Of a DNA stretch of 32,000 bases, positions 10,270-20,260 are shown in pieces (position 1 is the stretch's first letter; the number at the start of each line of letters is the position of its first letter). The notes under the pieces are model-generated. The model was given only the letters and a program-made list of their open reading frames with translations, did no database searches and had not been told where the DNA came from. This DNA is from Ottowia oryzae (lineage in GTDB: Bacteria > Pseudomonadota > Gammaproteobacteria > Burkholderiales > Burkholderiaceae_C): assembly GCF_003008535.1 (NCBI RefSeq), contig NZ_CP027666.1:2892176-2924175 (forward strand), in the 5' to 3' direction. Made by a program: the position numbers and the translations under genes.

Positions 10270-12111
10270 TCAAAACACCGCCGGTTGCGGGCGGTATTCC
10301 GGCACCCGCTCCTGCAGCCAGTGGCGCAGCGCCTGCGGCGTGGGTGAAGGCCCCGCCTGGGCCAGCCAGGCCTCGACCTGCCCCAGCGCATCCGCCTGCG
10401 AAGGCGCGACCTGCGCCACGCGCAGCTTGGGGTGCGGCGTGGGCGCGGTGGTTTCGTCGTCGGCCAGCAGTTCTTCAAACAGCTTTTCACCCGGGCGCAG
10501 GCCGGTGAAGGCGATGGGGATGTCCGCCTCGGTCTTGCCAGACAGTCGGATCATCATGCGGGCCAGCTCGACTATCTTGACCGGCTCACCCATGTCCAGC
10601 ACGAAGATCTGGCCGGTCTGCCCCATCAGCCCTGCCTGCAGCACCAGCTGCGTCGCCTCGGGGATGGTCATGAAGTAGCGCACGATGTCTGGGTGCGTCA
10701 CGGTCAGCGGGCCGCCGCGCGCCAGTTGCGCCTCAAACAGCGGCACGACCGAGCCGCTGGAGCCCAGCACGTTGCCAAAGCGCACGGCAATAAACCGCGT
10801 TGCCGGGAAGGTCTGCGCCACCGCCTGCACCACCTGCTCGGCCACGCGCTTGCTGGCGCCCATCACGTTGGTGGGGTTGACGGCCTTGTCGGTTGAAATC
10901 AGCACGAAGCGCGCCGCGCCCACTTCGCCGGCCACCGTGGCCGCGTTCAAGGTGCCCAGCACATTGGTGCGCAGCGCCTCGATCTCGTTGTCGGTCTCCA
11001 TCAGCGGCACGTGCTTGTACGCGGCCGCGTGCAGCACCACGTTGGGCCGGTGGCGGTGCGCGATGGCGCGCAGGCGATCCAGCTCGCGCACGTTGGCGGT
11101 GTAGTAACTGACGGCCATGCCGGGGTGCGACTGGCGCAGCTGCTGCTCGAGCTGGTACACCGCGAACTCGGACACATCCACGCAAACCAGCCGCGCCACG
11201 CCAAAGCGCGCCACCTGGCGGCAAAGCTCAGAGCCGATGGAGCCGCCCGCGCCCGTGACCAGCACGGTCTGGCCCGTCAGCAGCTGCGACAAGCCCTGCG
11301 CATCCAGCTGCACGGGCACGCGGCCCAGCAGGTCTTCCAGCCGCACGCTGCGCGGGCGGCCAACGGCGTCCGGGCCCAGCATTTCTTCGGCCGTGGGCAG
11401 CGTCAGCAGGTTCAGGCCCAGCCCGCTGGAGCGCAGCAGCATTTCGCGCCGCAACTCGGCCCCCGGCGCGCCCGCCAGCAGCAGCGTGGTCACGCCGTGC
11501 TGGCGCGCCACCTCGTCCAGCACCTCGGCGCCGCCCAGCACGGGCACACCTTGCAGCGTGCGCCCCACGTCGGCCGCGCTGGGCGCGACGATACCGACCA
11601 CCTGCCAGCCCGCCACGCCCTTGAGCGCGCGCAAGGCGTGGTCCGCCTCGGGCAAAGTGCCCACGACCAGCAAGGGCTGCTGCGCCGCCGCACCCGCCAG
11701 CTGCGCCTGGGGGCGCTCTTTGAGCGTGCGCCACGTCGCGCGGCTGCCCGCCAGCAGCATCAGCGTGAGCAGGGGCCAGATCAGCAGTACCGAGCGCGGG
11801 AAACCGTCGATGCGCAGGCCCATCACCACCGCAATCGTCAGCAAGCCGCCCACCGCCACGCCCAAGGCCAGTTGCCGCAAGTCGGCCAGGCTGACGTAGC
11901 GCCAGGACTGGCGCGGCACGCGCAGCAGCACCAGCCCGGCGGCCATGCAGACGGCCGCCGGCAGCGTGGTAGCCAAGGCTTCTTGCCGGTATGGCGAAGG
12001 AATGCCCAGGTTGAAGCGCAGCCAGAACGCCGCCCACCAGCCGAACACAATCAGCGGTAAATCGACCAGCCAGTTCTGGCTGACGATCAGGCTGCGCCAG
12101 CCTTTCAGCAC
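10270..12111 (-). CDS. membrane-anchored NDP-sugar 4,6-dehydratase/epimerase (PglF / WbpM / CapD family)
   Basis: 613 aa with a GTG start. It has N-terminal TM helices followed by two Rossmann-type regions, including VLVTGAGGSIGSEL and the family block AAAYKHVPLME..NVLGT (Polysacc_synt_2-type). Confidence 0.9.
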   Translation of the reverse strand: MLKGWRSLIVSQNWLVDLPLIVFGWWAAFWLRFNLGIPSPYRQEALATTLPAAVCMAAGLVLLRVPRQSWRYVSLADLRQLALGVAVGGLLTIAVVMGLRIDGFPRSVLLIWPLLTLMLLAGSRATWRTLKERPQAQLAGAAAQQPLLVVGTLPEADHALRALKGVAGWQVVGIVAPSAADVGRTLQGVPVLGGAEVLDEVARQHGVTTLLLAGAPGAELRREMLLRSSGLGLNLLTLPTAEEMLGPDAVGRPRSVRLEDLLGRVPVQLDAQGLSQLLTGQTVLVTGAGGSIGSELCRQVARFGVARLVCVDVSEFAVYQLEQQLRQSHPGMAVSYYTANVRELDRLRAIAHRHRPNVVLHAAAYKHVPLMETDNEIEALRTNVLGTLNAATVAGEVGAARFVLISTDKAVNPTNVMGASKRVAEQVVQAVAQTFPATRFIAVRFGNVLGSSGSVVPLFEAQLARGGPLTVTHPDIVRYFMTIPEATQLVLQAGLMGQTGQIFVLDMGEPVKIVELARMMIRLSGKTEADIPIAFTGLRPGEKLFEELLADDETTAPTPHPKLRVAQVAPSQADALGQVEAWLAQAGPSPTPQALRHWLQERVPEYRPQPAVF

Positions 12112-12165
12112 TGCGACACCCCAGCCGGCTGGGCGTTGGCAACGGAACGGATCGCTATGACAAAG

Positions 12166-12209
12166 ATAGCTGTCAGCGCTGATGGGGCGGGCGCTGGAAG
12201 GCAGTTTTT
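12166..12209. repeat. REP-like element copy R2
   Basis: The sequence is atagctgTCAGCGCtgatggggcggGCGCTGGaaggcagttttt. It sits in the 111-nt gap between two co-oriented genes of the glycan cluster. Confidence 0.75.
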
Positions 12210-12222
12210 CATGAAATTAAGT

Positions 12223-12834
12223 TCAGCGCACCAGCGCCTTCAAGGTGTCCCAGAGGATGCGCAGATCCCCCGCCACACTGTGCCGCGCTACGTACGCCAG
12301 GTAATAGCGCTGCTTGACCGGCATGATATGCGCCACGTAGGCGGCCGCCGGATCGGCCGCGCCAGCGAGGATGCGCTCTTCGTCCCGGAATTCAATCGCC
12401 GCGCGGTCGGTAATGCCGGGGCGCACTGAGAGGATCTGCGCCCTTGCCTCGGCAGGGTACAGCGCCATGTAGTGCGACACCTCAGGGCGCGGGCCCACCA
12501 GGCTCATGTCGCCCTTGAGCACGTCGATCAGTTGCGGCAGCTCGTCCAGCTTGGTGCGCCGCAGCCAGCGCCCAGCGCGCGTCACCCGCGTATCGCCCGC
12601 CACGGTGACCTGCGGCCCACTGCCGTCATGCACGCGCATCGTGCGGAACTTGTGGATGCGAAACACCTTGCCGCCGCGCCCCACGCGTTGCTGGCGGTAC
12701 AGGGCGGGCCCAGGCGAATCCAGGCGCACCCAGAGCGCAATGCACAGCATGGCCGGCGCCAGGATGGCCAGCGCAGGCGCGGCCAGCGCAACGTCCATCG
12801 CGCGCTTGGCGAAACCGGGGCTCGCCGTGGTCAC
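12223..12834 (-). CDS. small monotopic phosphoglycosyltransferase (bacterial sugar transferase, PglC/WbaP-C-terminal type)
   Basis: FAKRAMDVALAAPALAILAPAMLCIALWV forms the re-entrant helix. Other family blocks are KFRTM and DELPQLIDVLKGDMSLVGPRP. The GTG at 12834 (AAGG 5 nt upstream) gives the usual ~200-aa size. The longest ORF starts at a TTG at 12909. Confidence 0.88.
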   Translation of the reverse strand: MTTASPGFAKRAMDVALAAPALAILAPAMLCIALWVRLDSPGPALYRQQRVGRGGKVFRIHKFRTMRVHDGSGPQVTVAGDTRVTRAGRWLRRTKLDELPQLIDVLKGDMSLVGPRPEVSHYMALYPAEARAQILSVRPGITDRAAIEFRDEERILAGAADPAAAYVAHIMPVKQRYYLAYVARHSVAGDLRILWDTLKALVR

Positions 12835-12977
12835 GTTGGCCTTTCGCAGCAGCGCTGAAGCCGCCCCATGAAGCGCGACAGCACCACGCAGGACACGCGG
12901 CGGGCGCAACTTGGCGGCTGCCGACGCACCAACCGCACGGCGCCAAGCCCGCTGCGCCTTTGGCCGCGCACTTTGGG

Positions 12978-14138
12978 TCAGCGCAGAATTGCGCTCAGCT
13001 CGGCGATGACGCGGGTCTGGTCGTCGTCCGTCATCGTCGTGTACAGCGGGATGCTGATCATCCGCTCGAAAGCCTTGTCGGCCACGGGATAGTCTTCAGC
13101 CCGCAGGCTGTAGCGATCACGCCAGTAAGGCTGACGGTGCAGCGGCAGGTAGTGCACGCTGGTGCCAATGCCCGCGTCGCTGAGCCGCTGGATGACCTCA
13201 TCGCGCGTGACACGGGCGTCGTCCGACAGGCGCACCACGTACATGTGCCAGGCGTGCTTCTCGCCCGGTGGCGCGTCGGCCGGCAGGACCAGCGGCAGGT
13301 CGCGCAATTCACGCATGTAGCGCGCCGCCAACTGCTGGCGCCGCGCCAGGAACGCGGGCAGGCGCTGCAACTGAACCCGGCCCACGGCAGAAGCCATGTC
13401 GGTCATGTTGTACTTGAAGCCGGGCGCCACGATCTCGTAGTGCCACGCAGGCTTGGTGCTGGTGAAGCGGTCAAACGCGTCGCGGCTGATGCCGTGCAAA
13501 CGCATGACGCGCATGCGCGCTGCCAGCGCCTCGTCGCGCGTGATCACCATGCCGCCCTCGCCGGTCGTCATGGTTTTGTTGGCGTAAAAGCTGAACACCG
13601 TCGCCGCGCTGGGCAGCGTGCCGATGGTCGCGCCCTTGTACGTGGTGGGCAGCGAGTGGGCCGCGTCTTCAACCACCTTCAGGCCGTGGCGCTGGGCCAC
13701 GGCGTAGATCGCCTCCATGTCGCAGGCCAGACCGCTGTAATGCACGGGCAGGATGGCCTTGGTCCGCGGGGTGATGGCCGCTTCCAACGCGGCCGGGTCC
13801 ATGTTCAGCGTGACCGGGTCCACATCCACCAACACCGCGTCCGCACCCAGGTAGCGGGCGACTTCGACCGTGGCGGTGAAGGTCAGCGTGGGCGCAATCA
13901 CCTCATCGCCGGGGCCAATGCCGATTGCTTCCAGCGCCAGATGCAGCCCGGCGGTGGCCGAGTTGACCGCCACCGCTTGCAGGCCATCGCCCAGAAATGC
14001 GGAAAACTCCTGCTCGAACGCCCGCGTCTCGGCACCGGTCGATAACCAACCCGTGCGCATCACGCGCGCGACGGCGTCGATTTCCGCGTCGCCAACATCT
14101 GGCCGCGCAAACGGAATCAATGACTTAGCAGCAGACAT
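12978..14138 (-). CDS. DegT/DnrJ/EryC1/StrS-family PLP-dependent sugar aminotransferase (PglE/WbpE-like)
   Basis: 386 aa with an ATG start. Family blocks are DVGDAEIDAV, VAVNSATAGLHLAL and the lysine motif SFYANKTMTTGEGGMV. Confidence 0.92.
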   Translation of the reverse strand: MSAAKSLIPFARPDVGDAEIDAVARVMRTGWLSTGAETRAFEQEFSAFLGDGLQAVAVNSATAGLHLALEAIGIGPGDEVIAPTLTFTATVEVARYLGADAVLVDVDPVTLNMDPAALEAAITPRTKAILPVHYSGLACDMEAIYAVAQRHGLKVVEDAAHSLPTTYKGATIGTLPSAATVFSFYANKTMTTGEGGMVITRDEALAARMRVMRLHGISRDAFDRFTSTKPAWHYEIVAPGFKYNMTDMASAVGRVQLQRLPAFLARRQQLAARYMRELRDLPLVLPADAPPGEKHAWHMYVVRLSDDARVTRDEVIQRLSDAGIGTSVHYLPLHRQPYWRDRYSLRAEDYPVADKAFERMISIPLYTTMTDDDQTRVIAELSAILR

Positions 14139-14174
14139 CAGAGCAATATCAATCCAAAGAAGGAAAACAGGGCA

Positions 14175-15305
14175 TCAACGCGTGAGTTTTGCAAGCGCGC
14201 CCGAGAGGCGTCGCCCGCGGGCCAGGTCGAACAAACCCCGCCACGTCCCGAGGCCGTAACCCAGGTGGTAGGCCGCCACCGCCAGAAAAACACGCGGCGC
14301 CAGCGAAACAAACCGTTGGATTTTGCCCCATGACGCAGGCCCGCCCGCGCGAGCGGCTGTGGATGGCCACGCCGCGCCCCCCGATACCCCTAGCACGTAC
14401 GTCGCATAGACCGCGATCAGGCCAACGAATGGCCACGGCCATGCCCACGCAAGCATGGCTGTCACCACCAACGCAGCCACGAAGACCGCGGGCACCAATT
14501 GGCGAACCGATCCGGGCTGACCATGCTTTTTCATCACAAACGGGCGCCAGTAACCGTACTGAACCTGCTGGCGAAACAGATGGCCCAGCGCGTCGCGCGG
14601 GCGGTACCACGACCGAATCAGCGCGCTTTGCCACACGCGACCGCCCGTCAGTCGCAGGCGCAGGTTGTGCTCGTCGTCCTGATTGCGCACCAGGGTTTCA
14701 TCAAACCCACCCACGCGCGCAAAGGTCTGGCGCGGCCAACAGCCCAGGTAGACGGTGTCGGCCTCGCCTTCGTAGGCGACATCGCGCGACAGCGCCCCAC
14801 CCACCACCCAGCGGCTTTGAAACGCGGCGGCAATGGCCTGCCCCATCGCGCCTTCGCCCCGCGCGACCCACGCACCGCCCACGTTGTCGGCGCTCGTGCG
14901 CTGCAGGGCGGCGATGCACTGCGCGACGTAATCCGGCGCGAATTGCGTGTGGACGTCCATGCGCACAATCACCGCGCCGCGTGCACGGGCCAGGCAGGCA
15001 TTCAAGCCGGTCGAGACGATGCGGCCCGGGTTGGCGACAGGCACCAGCCGCGCGTCCAAAGCGGCGCGCGCCTGAATGCGCTCGCCCGTGCCATCGTCGC
15101 TTTCGCCATCGGCCACCAGGATTTCCATGCGCCACCCGGCAGGCAACTGCTGCGCGGTGGCGCTGTCCAGAAACGCATCGATGTGCTCGCGCTCGTTGCG
15201 GCACGGCACGACGATGCTCACCAGGCGTTCGTCGCCAGCGCCCTGCAGGCGCGTGCAGTCCGGCACGCCAGGGTCGACATGGTTCGTTCTGCCGGCTTGG
15301 CTCAT
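14175..15305 (-). CDS. family-2 glycosyltransferase, ExoA-like, with C-terminal TM helices
   Basis: VSIVVPCRNEREHI, ADGESDDGT and NQDDEHNLRL are GT2/ExoA-type motifs. GAGGG sits 6 nt upstream of ATG 15305, and the ATG overlaps the upstream gene's stop (ATGA). The longer ORF to 15902 runs inside the upstream gene. Confidence 0.88.
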   Translation of the reverse strand: MSQAGRTNHVDPGVPDCTRLQGAGDERLVSIVVPCRNEREHIDAFLDSATAQQLPAGWRMEILVADGESDDGTGERIQARAALDARLVPVANPGRIVSTGLNACLARARGAVIVRMDVHTQFAPDYVAQCIAALQRTSADNVGGAWVARGEGAMGQAIAAAFQSRWVVGGALSRDVAYEGEADTVYLGCWPRQTFARVGGFDETLVRNQDDEHNLRLRLTGGRVWQSALIRSWYRPRDALGHLFRQQVQYGYWRPFVMKKHGQPGSVRQLVPAVFVAALVVTAMLAWAWPWPFVGLIAVYATYVLGVSGGAAWPSTAARAGGPASWGKIQRFVSLAPRVFLAVAAYHLGYGLGTWRGLFDLARGRRLSGALAKLTR

Positions 15306-16363
15306 ACCACGCCCTCGCGTCGAAGCAGGCGCCGGTACAGCGCATCCATCGCATCCATCTGTGCCCGCCGGTCGCCCTCTTGCGCGATCCGCTCGGCGTT
15401 GGCCTGTCCCACCGCCCTCGCCTTTGCGTCGTCGGCCAAAAGCGCTTGCCAGCGTTCGGCCAGCGCGCCCACGTCGCCAGAAGGCACCAGCATGGCAGGC
15501 GCCAGCCATTCCCGGTTGGCGGGCAGATCGCTGGCGATCACCGGCAGGCCGCAGGCCATGCTTTCCAGCACGGAAACCGAGGTGGCGTCGCTTTGAGGCA
15601 CGCTGATGGACAGCTGGCTGCGCGCCAGCACGGCGGCCATGCCGGCGTCGTCCAGCCGACCATGAAAGCGAACGGCGTCTTGTAGACCCAGCCGCTGCAC
15701 CTGCTCGCGCAGCTGCGCCTCCTGGCTGCCGCCGCCCAGCAAGTGCAGGTGCACCCCGGCGAAGCGCTGGCGCACACGCGCCAGTGCTTCGATGATGGTG
15801 TCGATGCGGTAATTGGGCTCCCAGCTGCGCAGGCTGACCGCCGCCAGCGGCTCCTTCTGCGCCCAATCGGCGGGCGCGAAGCGGCCGCGGTCCACGCCCC
15901 AATGAATGAGCTTGGCCGGGGTCCGGGGCGCCAGCTGGCGCGACACCGCCAGCAAATCCTGCGAATCGCCGGTGACCAGGTCAGCCTGGCGCAAGGCCCA
16001 GGCCGTGAGCCAGCGCAGGGCCGCGTGGCGCCTCGGCGTGACCAGCAGGTCGGTACCCCAGGCCGTCATCACCAGCGGATGGCGCGCAGCGCGCGCGCCC
16101 AGGTAGCCGTAGGAGGTGACGTAGTGCGCGTGCACGATGTCGGGCTGCAAGCCTCGGATGGTGACGCGGGCTTCACCCACGCGCCACAGCCAGTCGCTGG
16201 AGCGGCGCACCGGCCGCAGCACCTTTTGCGCCACCCCGTCGATAGGCTGCGGGCGCGCGGTGACCAGCGAGACCCGCCAGTCGCGCGCCAGCATCTCGCG
16301 CGACCAGCGCTGAACGTGCGGGCTGGTGGCGTCGCCCAGCAGAACCAGGTGCGGCGCAGTCAT
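15302..16363 (-). CDS. family-4 (GT-B) glycosyltransferase
   Basis: It has the C-terminal EX7E-type block SVSVLESMACGLPVIASD and a typical GT4 N-domain. AGAGG lies upstream of ATG 16363, and there is an ATGA overlap with the upstream gene. Confidence 0.88.
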   Translation of the reverse strand: MTAPHLVLLGDATSPHVQRWSREMLARDWRVSLVTARPQPIDGVAQKVLRPVRRSSDWLWRVGEARVTIRGLQPDIVHAHYVTSYGYLGARAARHPLVMTAWGTDLLVTPRRHAALRWLTAWALRQADLVTGDSQDLLAVSRQLAPRTPAKLIHWGVDRGRFAPADWAQKEPLAAVSLRSWEPNYRIDTIIEALARVRQRFAGVHLHLLGGGSQEAQLREQVQRLGLQDAVRFHGRLDDAGMAAVLARSQLSISVPQSDATSVSVLESMACGLPVIASDLPANREWLAPAMLVPSGDVGALAERWQALLADDAKARAVGQANAERIAQEGDRRAQMDAMDALYRRLLRREGVV

Positions 16364-16965
16364 GGCTTGGCCTCTGCCGCTACCGAGCGCAGCCACGCTT
16401 CGTAACCATCTCTCAATTGCGGATGGGCGGCCAGCCACGCCCGATCTGGCTCGCGCGTGTCGCCCACCACGGTGGCCGGGCTGCCCGCCAGCACCGCGAA
16501 GTCTGGGAAGCGCCCGCGAACCCGGCTGTGGCTGGCGACCAGCGTGCCGTGGCCCAGCACGGTGCCCGCCTCGATGGTGCTGTGTGGGCCAATGAAGCAG
16601 CGCTGGCCGATCTCGATCGGCTGGCGCACGACGGCGCCATCCGACGCGGGCGAGTCGTTGCCCGACAAGGCAGCGGCCGCGCGCACCGCCCGGTGCGTGC
16701 TGTGGCTGACGATGCTGACGTAGTTGGTGATTTGCGATCCCCTGCCAATGCGCACACCGGCGCTGGCCTCGATGAAATTGAAGTGACCAATGAACACGTC
16801 GTCTTCCAGCACCAGGCGCTCTTCGTGCTCGATGCAGGTCGATGGCGATATGCGCGTGCCCGCCAGCAAAGCGCCGCCGCTGCGTTCGCCAAACACCATG
16901 CGAAAGAACACCCAGCGCCACGCGCGCCGACGCAGCCGGTTCACCCATGCGCGCACGCCCGTCAT
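16360..16965 (-). CDS. left-handed beta-helix (hexapeptide-repeat) acyl/acetyltransferase
   Basis: Hexapeptide repeats are visible (VFIGHFNFIEASAGVRIGRGSQITNYVSI...CFIGPHSTIEAGTVLGHGTLV). GGGGAG sits 6 nt upstream of ATG 16965, and there is an ATGA overlap with the flippase stop. Confidence 0.85.
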   Translation of the reverse strand: MTGVRAWVNRLRRRAWRWVFFRMVFGERSGGALLAGTRISPSTCIEHEERLVLEDDVFIGHFNFIEASAGVRIGRGSQITNYVSIVSHSTHRAVRAAAALSGNDSPASDGAVVRQPIEIGQRCFIGPHSTIEAGTVLGHGTLVASHSRVRGRFPDFAVLAGSPATVVGDTREPDRAWLAAHPQLRDGYEAWLRSVAAEAKP

Positions 16966-18290
16966 GCCGCACTCCCCTGCCCGGTGGCCGACGCCGTGGC
17001 CACAGGCCCCGTCCAATGCGCCAGCCGCCAGAAGTAGTAGCCGAAGTACGGCAGCATGGCGGCCGACACGGCCCAGCCGCCCCCGACCAGCCCGCCCCAG
17101 TGCAGGCCCGCGGCCAGCGCCACCGCAAACACCAACTGCCCCACCAGTGCCACGCGAAACGCCCATCGCTGCGCCCCCCAGGCCATGGTCACCACGGCCA
17201 GCGGCGCGGCCACAAAGTGCGCGCCGATGTAGGGCGACAAGGCGCGCGCCAATTCGCCCGCCTCGCGCCAGGAAGGGCCGAACACCATGGCGAAAAGCCA
17301 CGGCCCCGCCAGCACCAGCACCAGCGCCAGGGCCAATGCGCAGGCGCCCAGCAACGCCATCACCTGCCGAACCATTCGGCGCCCTTCAGGCAAGGCCGCT
17401 GCGGCCAGGCGCGGGTACAGCGCTTGCGACACGGCGCTGCCGATCAACGTGGCCGGCGCCTTCAGGTACCGCAGGGCCAGGCCCCAAAAGCCAGCGGCCG
17501 GGTCGCCCGCCCAGGCAATGATCAAGGCCACGGCCACGGCGTCTTGCGCGGTGCCCAAAAAGGCGTGCGGGCTGTTCACCCAGGCGAAATCCTTGAAGCG
17601 GCGTGCCATGGCTTTCATGCGTAAGCGCAGCGCCGCACCGGCTGGTGCCAGCACGTGGCCCCACCCCTGCCGGGGCGCAGGCCGCAACAGGCACGCCAGG
17701 GCCAGCCATTGCGCCACCAAGGGCGCCGCCACCAGCGCCCAGGCGCCCTCCACCCCGCTGGGTGCGCCCTGCCACAGCAGCAGCCCAGCCAGCAACTGCA
17801 AAAGCGCGCCGCCGCCGTACTGCAACACGCGGCTGATCGCCAAAGCCCTGAACCGCCGCGCCCGGTTGGCCCACAGCATCAACACCTGCAACAGGCCCGC
17901 CCCCGCCAATGCCAAGGGCAGCAGCGCCGGCAAGGGCAGCCAGCCCCCGGCGTGCAGCGCCCAGGCCAGCGGTACGCTGATGCCGATGGCCACGAGCAGG
18001 ACGCGCAAGGCCAGCGCCAGCAGCGCCGCGCCGTCATCCTCGTCCAGCGCCATCGGCAAAGCCTGCTCGTAACGCAGGCTGGCCACCACGGCCAGCGTGG
18101 CGGCGATGGTGGTGAACTGGGTGAACACGCCAAACGCCTGGGGCGTGAAAAGGCGCGTCAGCACGGGCCCCAGCAGCAAGGGCAGCAGCTGCGCCAGCGC
18201 GCCGCCGGCCAGCAGCGTCAGCGCGTCGGTGGCCAGCGTGGGGCCTGGGCGCTTTGTCAAGCCGCGCACCTCGCGCCCGCCGCCGCGCAC
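16962..18290 (-). CDS. Wzx-type oligosaccharide flippase (polysaccharide biosynthesis protein, MOP superfamily)
   Basis: About 440 aa, highly hydrophobic with roughly 12 predicted TM segments. The N-terminal LLPLLLGPVLTRLFTPQAFGVF motif is typical of Wzx. The start is uncertain (GTG 18290 or TTG 18260). Confidence 0.8.
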   Translation of the reverse strand: MRGGGREVRGLTKRPGPTLATDALTLLAGGALAQLLPLLLGPVLTRLFTPQAFGVFTQFTTIAATLAVVASLRYEQALPMALDEDDGAALLALALRVLLVAIGISVPLAWALHAGGWLPLPALLPLALAGAGLLQVLMLWANRARRFRALAISRVLQYGGGALLQLLAGLLLWQGAPSGVEGAWALVAAPLVAQWLALACLLRPAPRQGWGHVLAPAGAALRLRMKAMARRFKDFAWVNSPHAFLGTAQDAVAVALIIAWAGDPAAGFWGLALRYLKAPATLIGSAVSQALYPRLAAAALPEGRRMVRQVMALLGACALALALVLVLAGPWLFAMVFGPSWREAGELARALSPYIGAHFVAAPLAVVTMAWGAQRWAFRVALVGQLVFAVALAAGLHWGGLVGGGWAVSAAMLPYFGYYFWRLAHWTGPVATASATGQGSAA

Positions 18291-18478
18291 GCACGGGCGT
18301 GGGCGGTTTTGCGGTAGCAGCGGAAAGACGGGGGCTTAGACATTGAAGGGGCGCCGTGCGCGCCTAAAATTGCGGGTTCTGCCCAAAATCAGGCACAGGA
18401 TGTGCGGTCAACCGCGATTATCCCGCCGCTTGCCGCGCCACTTTGCGCAACCGGGCCCCGAATCCTTACCAGAACCCC

Positions 18479-20038
18479 ATGAACACCACCGCCACGCCCG
18501 CACCGGATGCCGCGCCCGAACAAGATGAGAACAAGCTGATCGCCGAACGGCGCGAGAAGCTCAAGGGTTTGCGCCAAAGCCAGGCGGAAACCGGCGCGGT
18601 GGCCTTCCCCAACGATTTCAAGCCCAAAGACCGCGCAGCGCAGCTGCACCAAGCGCATGGCGCTATCGAAAAAGAAGCGTTCGACGCCGACATCGCCGCA
18701 GGCAAGCAAGTGCTGGCCAGCGTGGCCGGCCGCATGATGCTCAAACGCGTGATGGGCAAGGCCAGCTTTGCCACGATTCAAGACGCCACCGGCCGCATCC
18801 AGGCCTACATCGCCCGCGACGACGTGGGCGAGGCCGACTACGCCGCCTTCAAGCATTGGGACCTGGGCGACATCGTGGCGGTGGAAGGCCACCTGTTCAA
18901 AACCAAGACGGGCGAGCTGTCCATCCACGCCACTCGCATCCGCCTGCTGACCAAAAGCCTGCGCCCGCTGCCCGACAAGTTCCACGGCATGCAAGACCAG
19001 GAGCTGAAGTACCGCCAGCGCTACGTCGACCTGATCATGGACGAGGCCGCGCGCGAGCGCTTTGCCGCGCGCAGCCGCACGCTGGCGGCCATGCGCGGCT
19101 TCATGACCGAGCACGGTTTCATGGAGGTGGAAACCCCCATGCTGCACCCCATTCCGGGCGGCGCCAACGCCAAGCCCTTCGTCACGCACCACAACGCACT
19201 CGACCAGCAGATGTACCTGCGCATCGCGCCTGAGCTGTACCTCAAGCGCCTGATCGTCGGTGGCTTCGAGCGCGTGTTCGAGATCAACCGCAGCTTCCGC
19301 AACGAAGGCATCAGCGTGCGGCACAACCCCGAATTCACGATGATGGAGTTCTACGCCGCGTACTGGAACTACCAGGACTTGATGACCTACACCGAAGACC
19401 TGCTGCGCGCCACCGCGCGCCAGGCCACGGGCGGCCTGCAGTTGCAGTACCAGGGCCGCGCGGTCGATTTGAGCCAGCCCTTCAAGCGCCTGACCATCCG
19501 CGAAGCGATTCACGCGCACACCGACATCGGCGCGGGCGTGGACGACGCCGCCGAGCTGATCGCCCGCCTGAAAAAGCTGGGCCTGTCGGAAGACAAGAAC
19601 AAGCTGTCGCAGCGCAGCCTGCCCGCGCTGCAGGTGATGTACTTTGAAGAAGCGGTGGAATCCGAGCTGTGGGAGCCCACCTTCATCATGGAACACCCCA
19701 CCGAGATCAGCCCGCTGGCGCGCGCCAACGACCAGCGCCCCGAGGTGACCGAGCGCTTTGAGCTGTACATCACCGGCCGCGAAATGGCCAACGGTTTCAG
19801 CGAGCTGAACGACGCCGAAGACCAGGCCGCGCGCTTTCAGGCGCAGGCCAGCGCCAAGGATTCGGGCGACGACGAAGCCATGTTCTACGACGCCGACTTC
19901 GTGCGCGCGCTGGAATACGGCATGCCGCCCACCGGCGGCTGCGGCGTGGGCATCGACCGCTTCATGATGCTGCTGACCGACAGCGCCAGCATCCGCGACG
20001 TGATCCTCTTCCCGGCGCTGCGGCACGAAAGCAAGTGA
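18479..20038 (+). CDS. lysS: lysine--tRNA ligase (class II)
   Basis: [13 protein letters not shown], the OB-fold region, class II motifs (FRNEGIS.., [32 protein letters not shown]). ATG 18479 is preferred over the TTG at 18443. Confidence 0.96.
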   Translation: MNTTATPAPDAAPEQDENKLIAERREKLKGLRQSQAETGAVAFPNDFKPKDRAAQLHQAHGAIEKEAFDADIAAGKQVLASVAGRMMLKRVMGKASFATIQDATGRIQAYIARDDVGEADYAAFKHWDLGDIVAVEGHLFKTKTGELSIHATRIRLLTKSLRPLPDKFHGMQDQELKYRQRYVDLIMDEAARERFAARSRTLAAMRGFMTEHGFMEVETPMLHPIPGGANAKPFVTHHNALDQQMYLRIAPELYLKRLIVGGFERVFEINRSFRNEGISVRHNPEFTMMEFYAAYWNYQDLMTYTEDLLRATARQATGGLQLQYQGRAVDLSQPFKRLTIREAIHAHTDIGAGVDDAAELIARLKKLGLSEDKNKLSQRSLPALQVMYFEEAVESELWEPTFIMEHPTEISPLARANDQRPEVTERFELYITGREMANGFSELNDAEDQAARFQAQASAKDSGDDEAMFYDADFVRALEYGMPPTGGCGVGIDRFMMLLTDSASIRDVILFPALRHESK

Positions 20039-20044
20039 ACGCGC

Positions 20045-20067
20045 GCGGTGCGGCCCGGCCGCACCGC
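20045..20067 (+). terminator. strong GC hairpin immediately after lysS (no U-run)
   Basis: gcggtgcggcc-c-ggccgcaccgc has 11-nt self-complementary arms and starts 7 nt after the lysS stop. Confidence 0.4.
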
Positions 20068-20223
20068 TGGCCGCGCCTCGGACAGCCACGGTGCGAAGTT
20101 GCGTGAGTCGGCGGCAGCGTTTCAGTGGGCAAGAAGCATCCCGCCCGGCACGCTGCGTGACAAGCATGGGCCTGCGCTGGCTACTTCCAGGCGTGCGTCC
20201 GCGATGCTTTCACTATTTTTTTG

Positions 20224-20260
20224 GAAGCTGCTGGCGCTGGTGCAGCCTGCGCTGGAAGGC
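20224..20260. repeat. REP-like element copy R8
   Basis: The sequence is gaagctgctggcgc-tggtgcagcct-gcgctggaaggc, preceded by a T7 run. It shares its loop with copies R5 and R9. Confidence 0.65.

Noticed and set aside
15306-15902. Long N-terminal extensions of the ORFs for the GT2 gene (to 15902), the GT4 gene (to 17128), the acyltransferase (to 17301), the acyl-CoA synthetase (to 23345), nagZ (to 25298), era (to 31505) and trpA (from 6634).
   Set aside because: The extensions overlap the preceding gene or a repeat and are Arg/Gly-rich. Each has an internal ATG with an SD and/or an ATGA overlap located exactly where family homology begins.
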